From Eledone cirrhosa (Eukaryota), in contig OZ024746.1 of assembly GCA_964016885.1 (NCBI GenBank), positions 46,128,001 to 46,192,000 of the forward strand: DNA of 64,000 nucleotides. Reading direction: 5' to 3'. Below the pieces are notes generated by a model, which worked only from the letters and a program-made list of their open reading frames with translations, was not told the DNA's origin and made no database searches. Shown here piece after piece: positions 1 to 12,097 of this stretch (its first letter is position 1; every line of letters starts with the position of its first letter). Both the position numbers and the translations under genes were made by a program.

Positions 1-379
1 ACCGGCATGATAATAGAGACAATTATGAACATTATGTTTGAAAATCATTGTGAAAATCAAAACTTGTACAATCAATGCAAGCCAGTAATAAAAAAAAATC
101 ATTGATGAAAACTATACATTAATTTCTTTTTGCCCATTAAAAGAAAAAACATTGGTATATATAAAGTTCCTGACCTTAGCTTATGGAGTATACTTGAAAA
201 CAATCCAAACTGAACATTCCACCAAGATGATATAAAACTATATTTTTCCAAGCATATGGTTAAACATAACTCAATACTGTTTCTTACATCTGTCATTATT
301 TAATGTATTCCATCATAAAATTATATTTGAATAGTGATCTACATGATTCTATGTGATTGGAGAATTATGTGTTAAACTC

Positions 380-807
380 ATCCAGTACAGTGTGTAAAGT
401 GGTTGGTGATAGGAAGGACATGTAGCCAGAGTAAACTTGCCAAACAAATAGACAGGAGGATTCTTCAGCTGTGTCTTGGCTATAAAAAAACTCTCTTGAG
501 TTGGTGATCTACATGATAAACAATCAGGCAATTCACTCAGCAAAGTGGGTGCTGATAGGAAAGGCATCTAGCCAAAGAAAACCTATAAAAAAAAGAATCA
601 GGAAGACTCTTCAGATGTGTCAAAGACAAGACAACTTCCCTAGTGTTAGCGCCACAATGAAATGCATGCCATAGAGCATGGGATCATATGTCAAGCCCCT
701 AGCCCATTTGAATGCCAAAGGCTCTGCTTGGATATTGTCCAGTCTGTGACAACATGCCTAAACCTTGCTACCATGGAAAATAGACATTAAACAATCATGA
801 TGGGTAT
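380..807 (+). mobile_element. Degenerate RTE-tailed SINE-like fragments
   Basis: Decayed copies of gtaaagtggttggtg.taggaagg.cat (393-427, 542-573). Ends in an RTE-type tail ccttgctaccatggaaaatagacattaaacaatcatgatg. Confidence 0.55.
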
Positions 808-3800
808 ATCATCATCATCATCATCATTGTTTAACGTCCATTTTCCATGCTAGCATGGGTCTGGACGGGAATTGTCCCACTTGAGGCAAGATTGGTTGTC
901 TTGCTCAGGACTGTCTAGCGGGTTTTCTACGGCTGGATGCCCTTCCTAACACCAACCACATTTAGAGTGTCGACTGGGAGGTTTTTACCGTGTTACCTAC
1001 ACGGCCACATTACAGCGTGGACTGTGTTTTTTTTTGTCGTGACACCTACACGACCTCATTTATTTAGGACTGGATGTTGTGGTACCAACATAGCTTTACA
1101 TCGAAAGGGGTGGTGTAGATGGCGGTGGGGGCAGAGTTAGTGGGACGGGGGTGTATTTTGGTTAAGAGGTGCCTACTGTCTGTAGATTTTGCTTTGTACT
1201 TAGGCAAGGCGGGTCTTCTGTATTACTACGTAGCGCCAAAGATCTCGGTCCAGTGACATTGTCTTGGAGAGGTGTAAGGTCGGATTTTATCAAGTCGTCC
1301 CAGGTTTTTCTGGGTCTGCCTACTCAGTAGCAACCGTCTATTTTGATCGCCCTGCACTTTTTTATACAGCTGTCATCTTTCATGCGCATCATGTGACCAT
1401 ACCTACGTAGTCTTCTCTCGAGTAAACAGCATCTGATCCCTCTTATTCCTAATTTCTCACTTAGTTTATTTATGCTTTGCCGTTTGCGTATATTGCTATC
1501 CAACGAGCAAGCAAGCTTCATTCCTCTCCAGTCTGCGTAGATCCTCTGCACACAAGGCCCATGTCTCACTGTAACATATGAAATCTATATTCTTAGTTAG
1601 CTTACCTGTGATCCCACTACATCTTTTATGCACCCATACTTTGCATTTGGGACATAAAATGGAGTTTCTGCCTACTCCTTTCCTACACACTGAGCATGGC
1701 CATTTCCCAGATGGGACCAGTGCCCTATTCTCCTTCCTACATATTAGGACTTTAATCTTAGACAAATTAACTTTAAGGCCTTTTGATTCAAGGCCATGCT
1801 TCCATGTTTGGAATTTCTTCTCTAGCTCAGCCATTGATTCGGCTATGAGCATTAGATCATCTGCGCATAGAAGTTCCCATGGGCAGCCGGTCTTGAACTC
1901 CTCCGTTATAGCTTGGAGGGCGATAAAAAATAGGAGGGGACTAAGGACGGAGCCCTGATGAACACCAACTTTTACGCTAAACTCTTCACTATATTCGTTG
2001 TTAATTCTAACCTTGCTGACTGTTTCTTTATACATGGCTTGTATAGCACTCACAAGCCATTTATCTACACCTAGTTTTCTAAGAGCCCACCAGATATTGG
2101 AGCGGGGGAATCTGTCAAAGGCTTTCTCCAGGTCTACAAAAGCTAATTAGAGGGGTTTACTTTTAGCTAGGTACTTCTCTTGTAGTTGTCGTACAATGAA
2201 AAGAGCGTCTGTGGTACTTTTACCTGACACAAACCCGAACTGCATTTCATCTAGATCAATTCGCTCTCTGATTAGTTGCGTTATTACTTTTTATGTGACC
2301 TTCATGACCTGTTCAATTAATTTAATGCCTCTATAGTTTCCCCTATCTAGGGCGTCTCCTTTACCCTTGTAGCAGTTAATGATGATGCTGCTACGCCAGT
2401 TCTTTGGTACGACCCCATTCTGTATAACTTGGTTTAATATCCGGGTGACCATAGTGTGTCCCACCATTCCAGATGCTTTCAGCATTTCAGCAACTATTCC
2501 CGAAGGCCCAGCAGCCTTGCCCGTCTTCATATCTTTGATTGCCTTACTTATTATACTACCTTCAACTCGCACTGCTGGTCCCTCTATTGGATCGATGTGG
2601 GGGGAGGCTGTCATTCTCCTCATTTAGTAGCCTTTCGTAGGGACACTTCCAAGTTACCTTCTTATCAGCGTCAGTGATGGCAAGTACACCATCATCATTA
2701 TGGACACACTTCTCCCCGACAATATCACGGTTCTCCTCGACATATTGTCTAGCAATCCTGAACACCTCACGTTTTTGGTCCTCGCGTTGTAGAACATGCT
2801 TGAACTTTCTTTCCTCTGCTTCCCTTCTTGCGAAGTACACATGTCTCCTAGCTTCCCTCCTGGCCACTTGATAGTCTTCTCTACTTCCCCCATCCCGCCA
2901 TACTTTCCGAGCCTGCTTTTTGGCCTTGATCGACTCCTCCACCTTACTGTTCCACCACCAAGTTACTCTCCTCCTGCCTATAGGTCTGCTCCAGCCACAA
3001 ATTTTATCTGTCACCTTCAGCAGGTTAGCTTTCAGGAATTTCCACTGTTCCTCTATATTGTACGACTCTAATTGCTCTTCCTTACTGGCAAAAGCATCAA
3101 GTAATATGCTTTTAAAATTATTACTGGCTGTGGGGTCCTTTAATTTCCATATTTTGCTCCTAAGGATAGTCCTCCTCTGTTGTCGAATACGTCTCGTCCT
3201 GACTATGAGGTCGCTAACTATGAGGCTATGTTGTGAGGTGCATTCTTAATGGGGGAGGGATTTAGTGTTTACAACAGACACTCTGTCTCGTCTTCTGGTA
3301 ACGATATAATCTATCTAACTGGCGTGTTCCCCTGATCTATAGGTGAGCAAGTGATTGTCTCGTTTTTTGAAGTTTGTATTACAGATAGTTAGATTATTTG
3401 CGTCACAGAATTCCAGGATTCTGGAGCCTTCCTCATTTCTATTTCCAAACCCATAGCTTCCATGGATTCCATCATAGCCATCACAGTGTCGCCAGGAATA
3501 ATTATATCGTCACTGTCAGTTATTTGGGAGGTAATGAGCATTAACGACTCATAGAATCTGTCGTTTATAATGCCAGGCAGTCCGGGTTGGGGTGCATATG
3601 CAGATATTATTGTCACAGTAGTTCTATTGAGGACAAGTCTTATTTTAATTATTCTGTCGCGTTCACTCTATTTACGTCTATTATCTTATCTACCCATTTT
3701 TCTGCTAGCATGATTCCTACTCCACCCAGCCCATTGTCATTTCCCACCCAGAAAAGCTTATAGCATCGTTTTTTACCCACAATGAATCTAGCAGTCCCAC

Positions 3801-4200
3801 CCCTCCACCTGGTTTCTTGAATACAGCAAACATCAACCTCCTTACGTTCAAGCATCTCTACAACCTCGTTAGAGCGACCTTTTAAGGTACCTACATTCAT
3901 GGTGTGAACACTGAAGTTTTGGTTTGCGTTTGGTGGGTGGGAAGGACAGGGCACAGGGAGGGGTGAGGGGGATGGGACTATGTTAGCTGTCCGCGGTCTA
4001 AATAAAGAGGAGGAGTCCTTGCATTCTCGTCCGGAGGAGTCATTGATCTCAGTAGACAGGCGGGGTAGTTGGCCTTGATAAGCTTCAACAAAAGCGAAAC
4101 ATGTCATGTCGGCTTATCTCCCCTGTTTGCTGAGATCGAAGTGAGTGAATTTGTCACTACTTTAAAACAATAGCTTACGGTCTTCAAAATGCTTTTAATT
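808..4200 (-). mobile_element. Near full-length decayed RTE-clade LINE, family A (APE endonuclease + RT)
   Basis: APE motifs TMNVGTL, VCCIQETRW, IISAYAPQ. RT motifs GKAAGPSGI, NYRGIKL, GVHQGSVLSPLLF, LLCADD. (GAT)n tail with ccatgctagcatggaaaatggacgttaaa read on minus at 808-860. Multiple stops and frameshifts, and an internal deletion near 1575 relative to the 57122-58201 copy. The 5' boundary is approximate. Confidence 0.93.
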
Positions 4201-4220
4201 AAGCATAAAGTGTATTGCAA

Positions 4221-4238
4221 AATACATTATATATACAT

Positions 4239-4316
<78 letters not shown>

Positions 4317-4371
4317 ATATTTATATATATATTTATATTTATATATATATATATTTATATATATATATATT

Positions 4372-4404
<33 letters not shown>

Positions 4405-4417
4405 ATTTATATATATT

Positions 4418-4467
<50 letters not shown>
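4221..4467. repeat. Long interrupted (TA)n microsatellite
   Basis: About 245 bp of TA repeats with occasional TT interruptions, lying between two divergent LINEs. Confidence 0.98.
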
Positions 4468-4471
<4 letters not shown>

Positions 4472-4529
4472 TATAGTCACTTTTTTTATTTATTTATTTA
4501 TTTTTTTATTTATTTATTATTTTTTTTAA

Positions 4530-7500
4530 TGACCATGCTGTAAAAAGGAGGGGTAGAGAGGGCCCTTGAGTCTAGTAAGACATCCTCTCTAGTGCTCGTG
4601 GCACAAACAAAAGCACCCAGTCCATGCTGTAAATTGGCGCTGGTGTTAGAAAGGGCATCCAACCAGTGTGTCAATGCCAAAACGCTTATCAGCACAGCAA
4701 CAAATAGGAACAACAACAAAATATGAAGACGTCACATCTCAGAGTTGCAACACTTAATGTTGGCACTCTCAGAGGTAGATCTGCTGAAATAGCGGAGATG
4801 CTGGAGAGAAGGCATGTGGATGTGTGCTGCGTGCAAGAGGTGAGATGGAGAGGTGCCTCTGCGAGACTAGTCGTAGGCAAACGTCTTAGCTATAAGCTAT
4901 TCTGGGTAGGTAAGGATGATGGGTTAGGGGGAGTAGGCATTTTCCTGGCTGAGAAATGGATCAATAAGACAATAGAGGTAGTTCGAGTTATTAATCGAAT
5001 AATTAAACTTAGATTAGTTGTAGGCAGGAGACTACTGACAATCATCTCGGCCTATGCTCCCTAAGCAGGCCTAGGCAAAGATGAGAAAGACTGCTTTTAC
5101 GAGCAACTTTTACAAACAACCGCAATGACAGAGGGTGGAGACATCGTTATGCTAGCAGGAGACTTCAATGGTCATGTTGGACACTTCAGGATGGTTACAC
5201 TGGGGTACATGGTGGGCACGGTTACGGCTCAAGAAATGAAGAAGGAGTGAGACTTCTTGAATTTTGTGATGCAGGTACATTGACTATTTGCAACACAAAC
5301 TTCCAGAAACCTGCCAAACAACTAATAACCTACAAATCTGGTGAGCACATAAGCCAGATTGACTTCTTACTAGTTAGGCAGCAGGACAGGCAGATAGTGT
5401 CTAATACCAAGGCATGCCCTGGGGAAGAATGTACTCCACAGCATAGGCTAGTCATTAGTGATATCTCAGTAAGCAAGAGATGGAATGAGACATACAGGAA
5501 GGTGTGGTGAAGAAAGGTCTGGAAGCTAAAAGACCTTTCACTAAAATACAAATTTAGGAAAGCCCTTCAAGATGTATATGACGAAAAAGAAGTCGATTTA
5601 GAGATGTATGACATAGATAATAACTGGAATTTCTTACGTGACAACTTGCTGCAGGCTACTGATGAAACTTGTGGCTGGAGCAGAGCTCCAACTAGACAGA
5701 GAGTGACCTGGTGGTGGAACAGCACAGTAGATACGGCCATTAGAGACAAAAGACTAGCATGGAAGGCTTGGAAAAAGGGTGGGAGTAGGGAAGAATATAC
5801 AGCCACTAAGAGAGAAGCTAGACGTCAGGTGTACTTAGCACGCAGGGAGGCAGAGAGTAGGAAGTTTGCCAATGTTCTGCGACGGGAAGATCAGAGGCAT
5901 GCGGTGTTCCACATTGCAAGGCAGTGTGTCAATGCAAATCAGGATGTTGTTGGAGATAAATGTGTCCGGGATGATGCCGGTGTACTTAGTGGTGTCACGA
6001 ATGATCAGAAAAAGGAGGCCTGGAAATGTCATTATAAGAGACTGATGAATGTGGAGAATGAATGGGAGAGAGAGAAATTACCCTTAGTAGATCCGACAGA
6101 GGGACCAGCTATTGAGATTGACGAATATAGGGTCCAAGAGGCGATTAGGGAAATGAAAAATGGTAAGGCTGCTGGACCATCAGGAATAGTTGCTGAGATG
6201 TTGAAGGCATCAGGGGACGTAGGCACTAAACTGGTTGCATGCATCATCAATCAGGCTATATATGGTGGTGTCATACCCAAAGACTGGTGCAACAGTATTC
6301 TCATAAATTGCTACAAAGGTAAAGTGGATGCTCTGGAGAGGAGCAATTATAGGAGTATAAAACTGATAGATCAGGTTATGAAAGTAGCAGGAAGGATATT
6401 AGCACAACTAATTAGAGAAAGGGTCAAACTAGATGAGATGCAGTTTGGTTTTGTGCCTGGGAAGAGTACAACAGATGCCCTCTTCTTGGTGAGATAATTG
6501 CAAGAGAGGTTCTTAGAGAAAAATAAGCCACTATACTTAGCCTTTGTTGACCTAGAGAAGGCCTTTGATAGGGTACCCCGATCTGTCATCTGGTGGTCCC
6601 TAAGGAAGCTAGGTGTTGAGGAATGGCTTGTGAGGACAGTGCAAACTTTGTACAGAGGTACTCTCAGTAAAGTCAGGGTAGGAATGGAGTTTAGTGAGGA
6701 ATTCCAGATACAAGTAGGAGTACATCAAGGTTCGGTCCTCAGTCCGCTCTTGTTCATTATAGTCCTCCAAGCCATAACAGAGGAGTTTAAGACTGGCTGT
6801 CCATGCGAACTTCTCTATGCTGACGATCTGGTTCTTATAGCAGAAACAGTAGAGGAGCTAGAGAATAAAATCTGGCTATGGAAATAGCAGTTGGAAGCAA
6901 GAGGACTGAGAGTGAACCTAGCTAAGACAAAAGTGTTGATGAGTAGAAAAGAGGACAAAACCCTGATTCCATCAGGGAAATGGCCATGTTCGATATGCAG
7001 AAAAGGAACTGGAATAAATTCTATAAAATGCACACAATGCAGATCATGGGTACACAAGAGATGTAGCGGGATAGCAGGCAAACTAACAGGTAGGGAGAAA
7101 TATGTATGCAGTAGATGTACAGGGAAATTAGACAGTAGAAGTCGCATTGATAGACACATTTTTCAGATGCAGGAGGGCGCTATAGAAGTGGTGCTTCCTA
7201 GGAGATCAGATTAGCATGGGAGGAGGGTGTTCCGAGGCCATAGTATCTAGAATAAGGACAGGTTGGAAGAAGTTTAGGGAGCTGCATACAAAAGGCCGGT
7301 TGTATGATGCCTGTGTGAGGAGCGCGATGCTGCATGGTAGTGAGACATGGGCAGCAGAGGATATGCAACAGCTGGAGAGAAATGAGGCAAGCATGCTCCG
7401 TTGGATGTGCAGTGTAAATGTGCGTGAACGACCCAGCATAAATGTGTTGGGAGAGAAACTGTGTCTGAGAGGGATAGAATGTAGTGTACGGGAGAGGAGA

Positions 7501-7767
7501 CTGAGGTGGTATGGACATGTGATGCGCATGGAGGATGACCGATGGGTGAAGAAGTGCCAGGAAATGCCAGTTGAAGGAAGACATGGTAGAGGTAGACCAC
7601 GAAAAACATGGGCGGTGGTGGTGAGAACAGACTTCAGATCATTGAAGCTCATGGTGGAGATGACGAAGGATCGTGACGAGTGGAGAGATGCTGTGCTGAA
7701 TAAGACCTGTCCCACCCTTGCAAGCAGGGAAAAGCGGACGTAAAATGATGATGATGATGATGATGAT
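4530..7767 (+). mobile_element. Near full-length decayed RTE-clade LINE, family B
   Basis: ATG at 4723 (MKTSHLRVATLNVGTL). Motifs CCVQEVRW, SQIDFLL, AFVDLEKAFDRVPR, GVHQGSVLSPLLF, LYADD, RRLRWYGHV, GRPRKTW. Tail gcaagcagggaaaagcggacgtaaaa(tga)n. Several in-frame stops and frameshifts. Confidence 0.95.
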
Positions 7768-7915
7768 ATATATATATTTATATATATATATATATATATA
7801 TAGCGAGAAAGTAAGTGTTGGTAAAATCCAGTACTTCAGTATGCAGATATATGTCCCAAGGCTCTGATTCCATCAACACTATAAACACAGAGCTGGCATA
7901 TCTAAGAACTGACTA

Positions 7916-7971
7916 ACTGCCTGATGAGGTCATAGCCATTCAATGGCTATCATCGAAATATATATAGCAGT
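7916..7971 (+). ncRNA. Minimal type I hammerhead ribozyme, Penelope-like-element (PLE) type
   Basis: Stem I actgc/gcagt; CTGATGA at 7921-7927; stem II ggtcatagccat-tca-atggctatcatc closed by G-C; GAAA at 7955-7958; short stem III t-ATAT-a with palindromic loop; cleavage triplet ATA; AATAAA immediately downstream. Confidence 0.8.
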
Positions 7972-8011
7972 AAATAAAGGATTATGAGTTCATCCAATTG
8001 ACTTATGTTTC

Positions 8012-8041
<30 letters not shown>

Positions 8042-8042
<1 letters not shown>

Positions 8043-8146
8043 CCTTGCTACTATGGAAAATAGACATTAAACAATCATGATGGGTATATACATATATATA
8101 AACCCATCATGATTGTGTTTAATGTCTATTTTCCATAGTAGCAAGG

Positions 8147-8147
<1 letters not shown>
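8042..8147. repeat. Fold-back inverted repeat of an RTE-tail sequence
   Basis: Arms of about 45 bp (accttgctactatggaaaatagacattaaacaatcatgatgggt and its reverse complement with a 2-bp indel), TA-rich loop, flanked by (TA)n. Confidence 0.9.
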
Positions 8148-8178
<31 letters not shown>

Positions 8179-11100
8179 CCAACTCATGTATTTTTACTTA
8201 CTATTTAACACACGTTCACACACACTTGCTTCTTTTCAGACACATACTTACATCCACATACACTCACATCTACACATACACATACACTCTACCCTTTGTT
8301 GTCTCTCTCTAGACTGAGTACCTTTACAGCCCCCTCTCCCCTCTCCCCCTCTCCCCTCGAACCCACCCTCACACTACAACACCCATGCCACCCCCTATTC
8401 TCCACCCTAGACCTATACTCCCTTATCCCTTTTATTTTTATTTTTATCATTATATTTATTTTCTATTTATTACTTTTTAATTTCCCTCCTTCAAATCTCC
8501 CTTACTCCTTCTCAGAATTCCTATTCTTCCCCTATCTGAACTTTCCTGATGAAGGACTTCTGTCTAAAACATTGAAACCTCCCCCATCTCCACCAAACGT
8601 GAACCTAATATAATTGTACAATTGCCTCCTGTATTTTGTTCATTCTTTTTCAATTATATATATATAAATATATATACACACACACATATACATACTACTA
8701 TATTAATACATTTCAGAATAAACACTTATTTTAAGCAAGCCATAGAACATGTTAAATTACTTTAAAAGTCTTTTTCTTAAAGTTGTTATAAGAATATAAT
8801 GATTAAAAGCGTAGGAAAAGAATGGACCTTTGCATTTGGTTATACATATGAAATACATGCATAATTATGCATTTATTCATCTACAGTGTGTTTGATGCAT
8901 GTTTAAATTGTATTTAATTAAACTTGAATTTGTTTGTACTGTCTTACAGGAATTTCAAAGTATTTGAGATGCATAATTATTTTATCACAAAGAAAGATTT
9001 GAGAGAGAAAAGAGTGAAAGAATCGAAACGATAGGGAGAGAGAGCAGCGAATGAATAAATGTCATTGAATTTGTTTGAAGGAAATGAAAAGTACTTTTTT
9101 TTTTAATTTGAAGATGAAACAAATTGTGACTAATCTAATTTTCTTCAAATGAAGAACTAATATTATAAAATAATGTGAATCTTGGAAGAGAATAGAAGAC
9201 AATTTCATGTTGAGGAGAAAAATGTATTACAAAGAGCTTGAATCAAATGAAGAGTTTTAATAAAATGTTTGATTACAAATAATGGCTATAATAAATAGTC
9301 TCAAGTTTGATTATTTTGATCTTAAATATTTTGGTATTTAGCTTTTAGTAGGGAGGAAGACATACTAAATAAATTAATTAGAATTTTATTGTAGTTAATT
9401 CTTATAGTAACTCCGATAATTATCAATCTTTATAATCATTTTTATATGAAATATTTTCAGTTGAGTACAAACATATTTCAAAACACTAAAAATTGAAAAA
9501 GTCTTAATGAAATGTTGATACTTGAAATAATAGAATCATTAAAATTTAAAATATAGAAAACGATCAACTGAATTTGAATATAAAATCCAATAACTTAAAT
9601 TAACATAAGCATGTAACTTTTTATTTTTATGTTTGTCCACATTTATTAAAAATTGATCAAAAATCATAAGAATTTTAATACAATAATTTTAGTTTGTGGA
9701 AATAACCAATGTATGTGGTGTGCGCTTATAGCAAGATATAAGTTTATAGTAAGTGAAAACAAACACCACTAATGCCCTTAAAAAGCATGAATATTAAAAT
9801 TTCTAATGTTTCAATTCATACTACATATTTTTATGCCTTCTAACGAAGAAATGCAAATGCACAAATATATATTTACACACACACACACAGTAACATGGAA
9901 AGGAAAGACTGGTATGCAAGGGCGACTGCTAGACTTCTTCAAAAATCCCTTATCCGAGCTTGTGCCTTGGAGGGGATCTTTCCAGTTGCAAATCTCATTG
10001 TCATTTGTGACCAAAGAGGTTCTTTATCCAATATTGTCAAAATATGAGTAATTAAGACATGTAATAGAGAGAAATATTTCTTATCTAATTCTTTTATATT
10101 TTAGTAACAGAAAAGGATAATACTTGTGAATAACTTAAGTTTCATGTCTATAATTTTGCATGTAGCAATACTCATATGGATCTAGAGATAAAGAATCTCC
10201 ACATAGAATATTGTTTCTAGATTCATATGCAACAAACTTGCTATAGATATGAAACTTAAAATGTGTGTGTGTGTGCGTGTGTGTGTGCATGCGTGTGTAT
10301 GTATGTGAGTGCCCGGATGCACGCGATAAAGTTTAAAATATTCACAAAGTAAAACATAATTTAAATCTGAAATGTTAATCATGAATTTAGATATTTTGTA
10401 CAATCATTCTAGAGAGCTAAAAACTCAGAATTTAATACATGAAGTTTCAAATGTCATTTATTATTCAAATATTTATAGTTTATTTTTTTAATTATTTTTA
10501 TTAATAAGTAGAAAAATAGCTAGATTTGTTACTGTTAAAAGATTTTCATAAAAGTTATGAATAACATTTACTCCAAAATAAACTGTTAAATACCTAGCTA
10601 TTATATATTAGAATGTATGTAAATGTTTGTTGTTTAATGAAGAGAACATTTTATACACAAAAGCAGTCTAATATATTGCATTAAATTCCATATATTATTT
10701 AACTAAGATAATCTTTATTTCTATATGCTATTTTTCAATAATGTTGATGTTTGTGAATGCATGCGTACATTGTAATTTATGCACTTGTTAGAAAGTATTT
10801 GCTAGGGACTACATATTTGCAAATAAAGATTTATTTGCTATGTGTATTGACTGATGGTCTAGCCTAGCAACCCTTCAGGATTTCTAAACAGACAGAATTC
10901 TCGACAGTACATTAATGTCTTTATCCTACTTCATACCGTGAAGTGTATATGTAGCCAGAACATTTATTCTCCTTTTAGTTGATAGGAACAAATTGTTAGT
11001 TTAGATGCCAGTCTAAGCAAACAGTCAGCTTTCAAAGCACACCATAAAATCTTCTTGGAATAGGATATTTCAGAGAAATAGTATAACTTTTTGTTTCGTA

Positions 11101-11499
11101 TCAAGGGAATACATGACTAGAAAAGATATTCTCTTTTTATCATTCAGTTTAAAATGTCTTGACAGTTAAGTAGTTAGGTTACTGGATAACTGACCCAAAT
11201 GTTAGGATTTCAATCATTGTGATGTGTATCTTAGTTTTGGCACTTTATTTGTTTCTTTTTGAAAGAACATCAGGAAATTAGAATATCTAATACAAGTATT
11301 AAGAACATCTAGGTTTTCAGAAACATTTGCAAAGTTTTTGTATGGATCTCGATCTGTTAGAAATAAGTTAGAAATATAATTTAGTATTCCTATACATATA
11401 CCCATGACATATCTCCCCACTCCTTTTCTCCCCTAGATCAGTCCTTTAACTTATCTCAACATACACACTTGTCCTCTTCCTTCTCTGCCTAGTCTACCA

Positions 11500-11925
11500 C
11501 ATATCACTTGGGATGACATAATAGTGCCCACTCCTCCATAGGGTAGAGAGGGCTATTCTGTCAGATTCTCATTAGTTCTGCATAGATATTCTCCTTTTTG
11601 CTAATCTTTAATATTATATTGGCATCTGCTGGGCAGCTGACTTCAATTACTGTGCATGCTTTCTTTTCCTTGTTTCCATGTCATTATATCTGGTCAATTA
11701 TGCTTGCATTTTGTTAGGGTTTTGACTGGAACATTCCACCAGTACTCTTTCATATGATTTCTGTATATGTCTTCCACATTGCTGTAACTTTTAATATGTT
11801 TATTGTTGGGGCTATCTTTTCTACGGATTGCATGGTATAGTGTTTTGACTACTCTATCATGCCTCATAGGTAGATAGTATCGCGATGACATCTTTGGATA
11901 GCTGCTTATGACATGGGTGACATCT
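11500..11925 (-). mobile_element. 3' fragment of a non-LTR retrotransposon with restriction-enzyme-like (REL) endonuclease (R4/NeSL-like)
   Basis: DVTHVISSYPKMSSRYYLPMRHDRVVK (degenerate CCHC end plus RHD motif), then HN*PDIM and, after a frameshift, CTVIEVSCPADAN..KKENIY, matching the PD-(D/E)xK-type REL pattern. Boundaries approximate. Confidence 0.75.
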
Positions 11926-12097
11926 ATGTATGTGTGTGTGTGTGTTTAGGTTTACTCTAGTCTAAAAAAAGGTTTATGTTGTATGTCTTGTTCTGTAATT
12001 TATCAGTTAGATGAATAGAGATTAATAAAATAAGCACTGGGGTTGATATGATTGACCACAATCCTATTGACAACAGTCCTATGACTAAAACCATTTA

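Noticed and set aside
4189-4529. ORFs rich in YI repeats (also near 19012, 19480 and 37086)
   Set aside because: Translations of (TA)n microsatellites.
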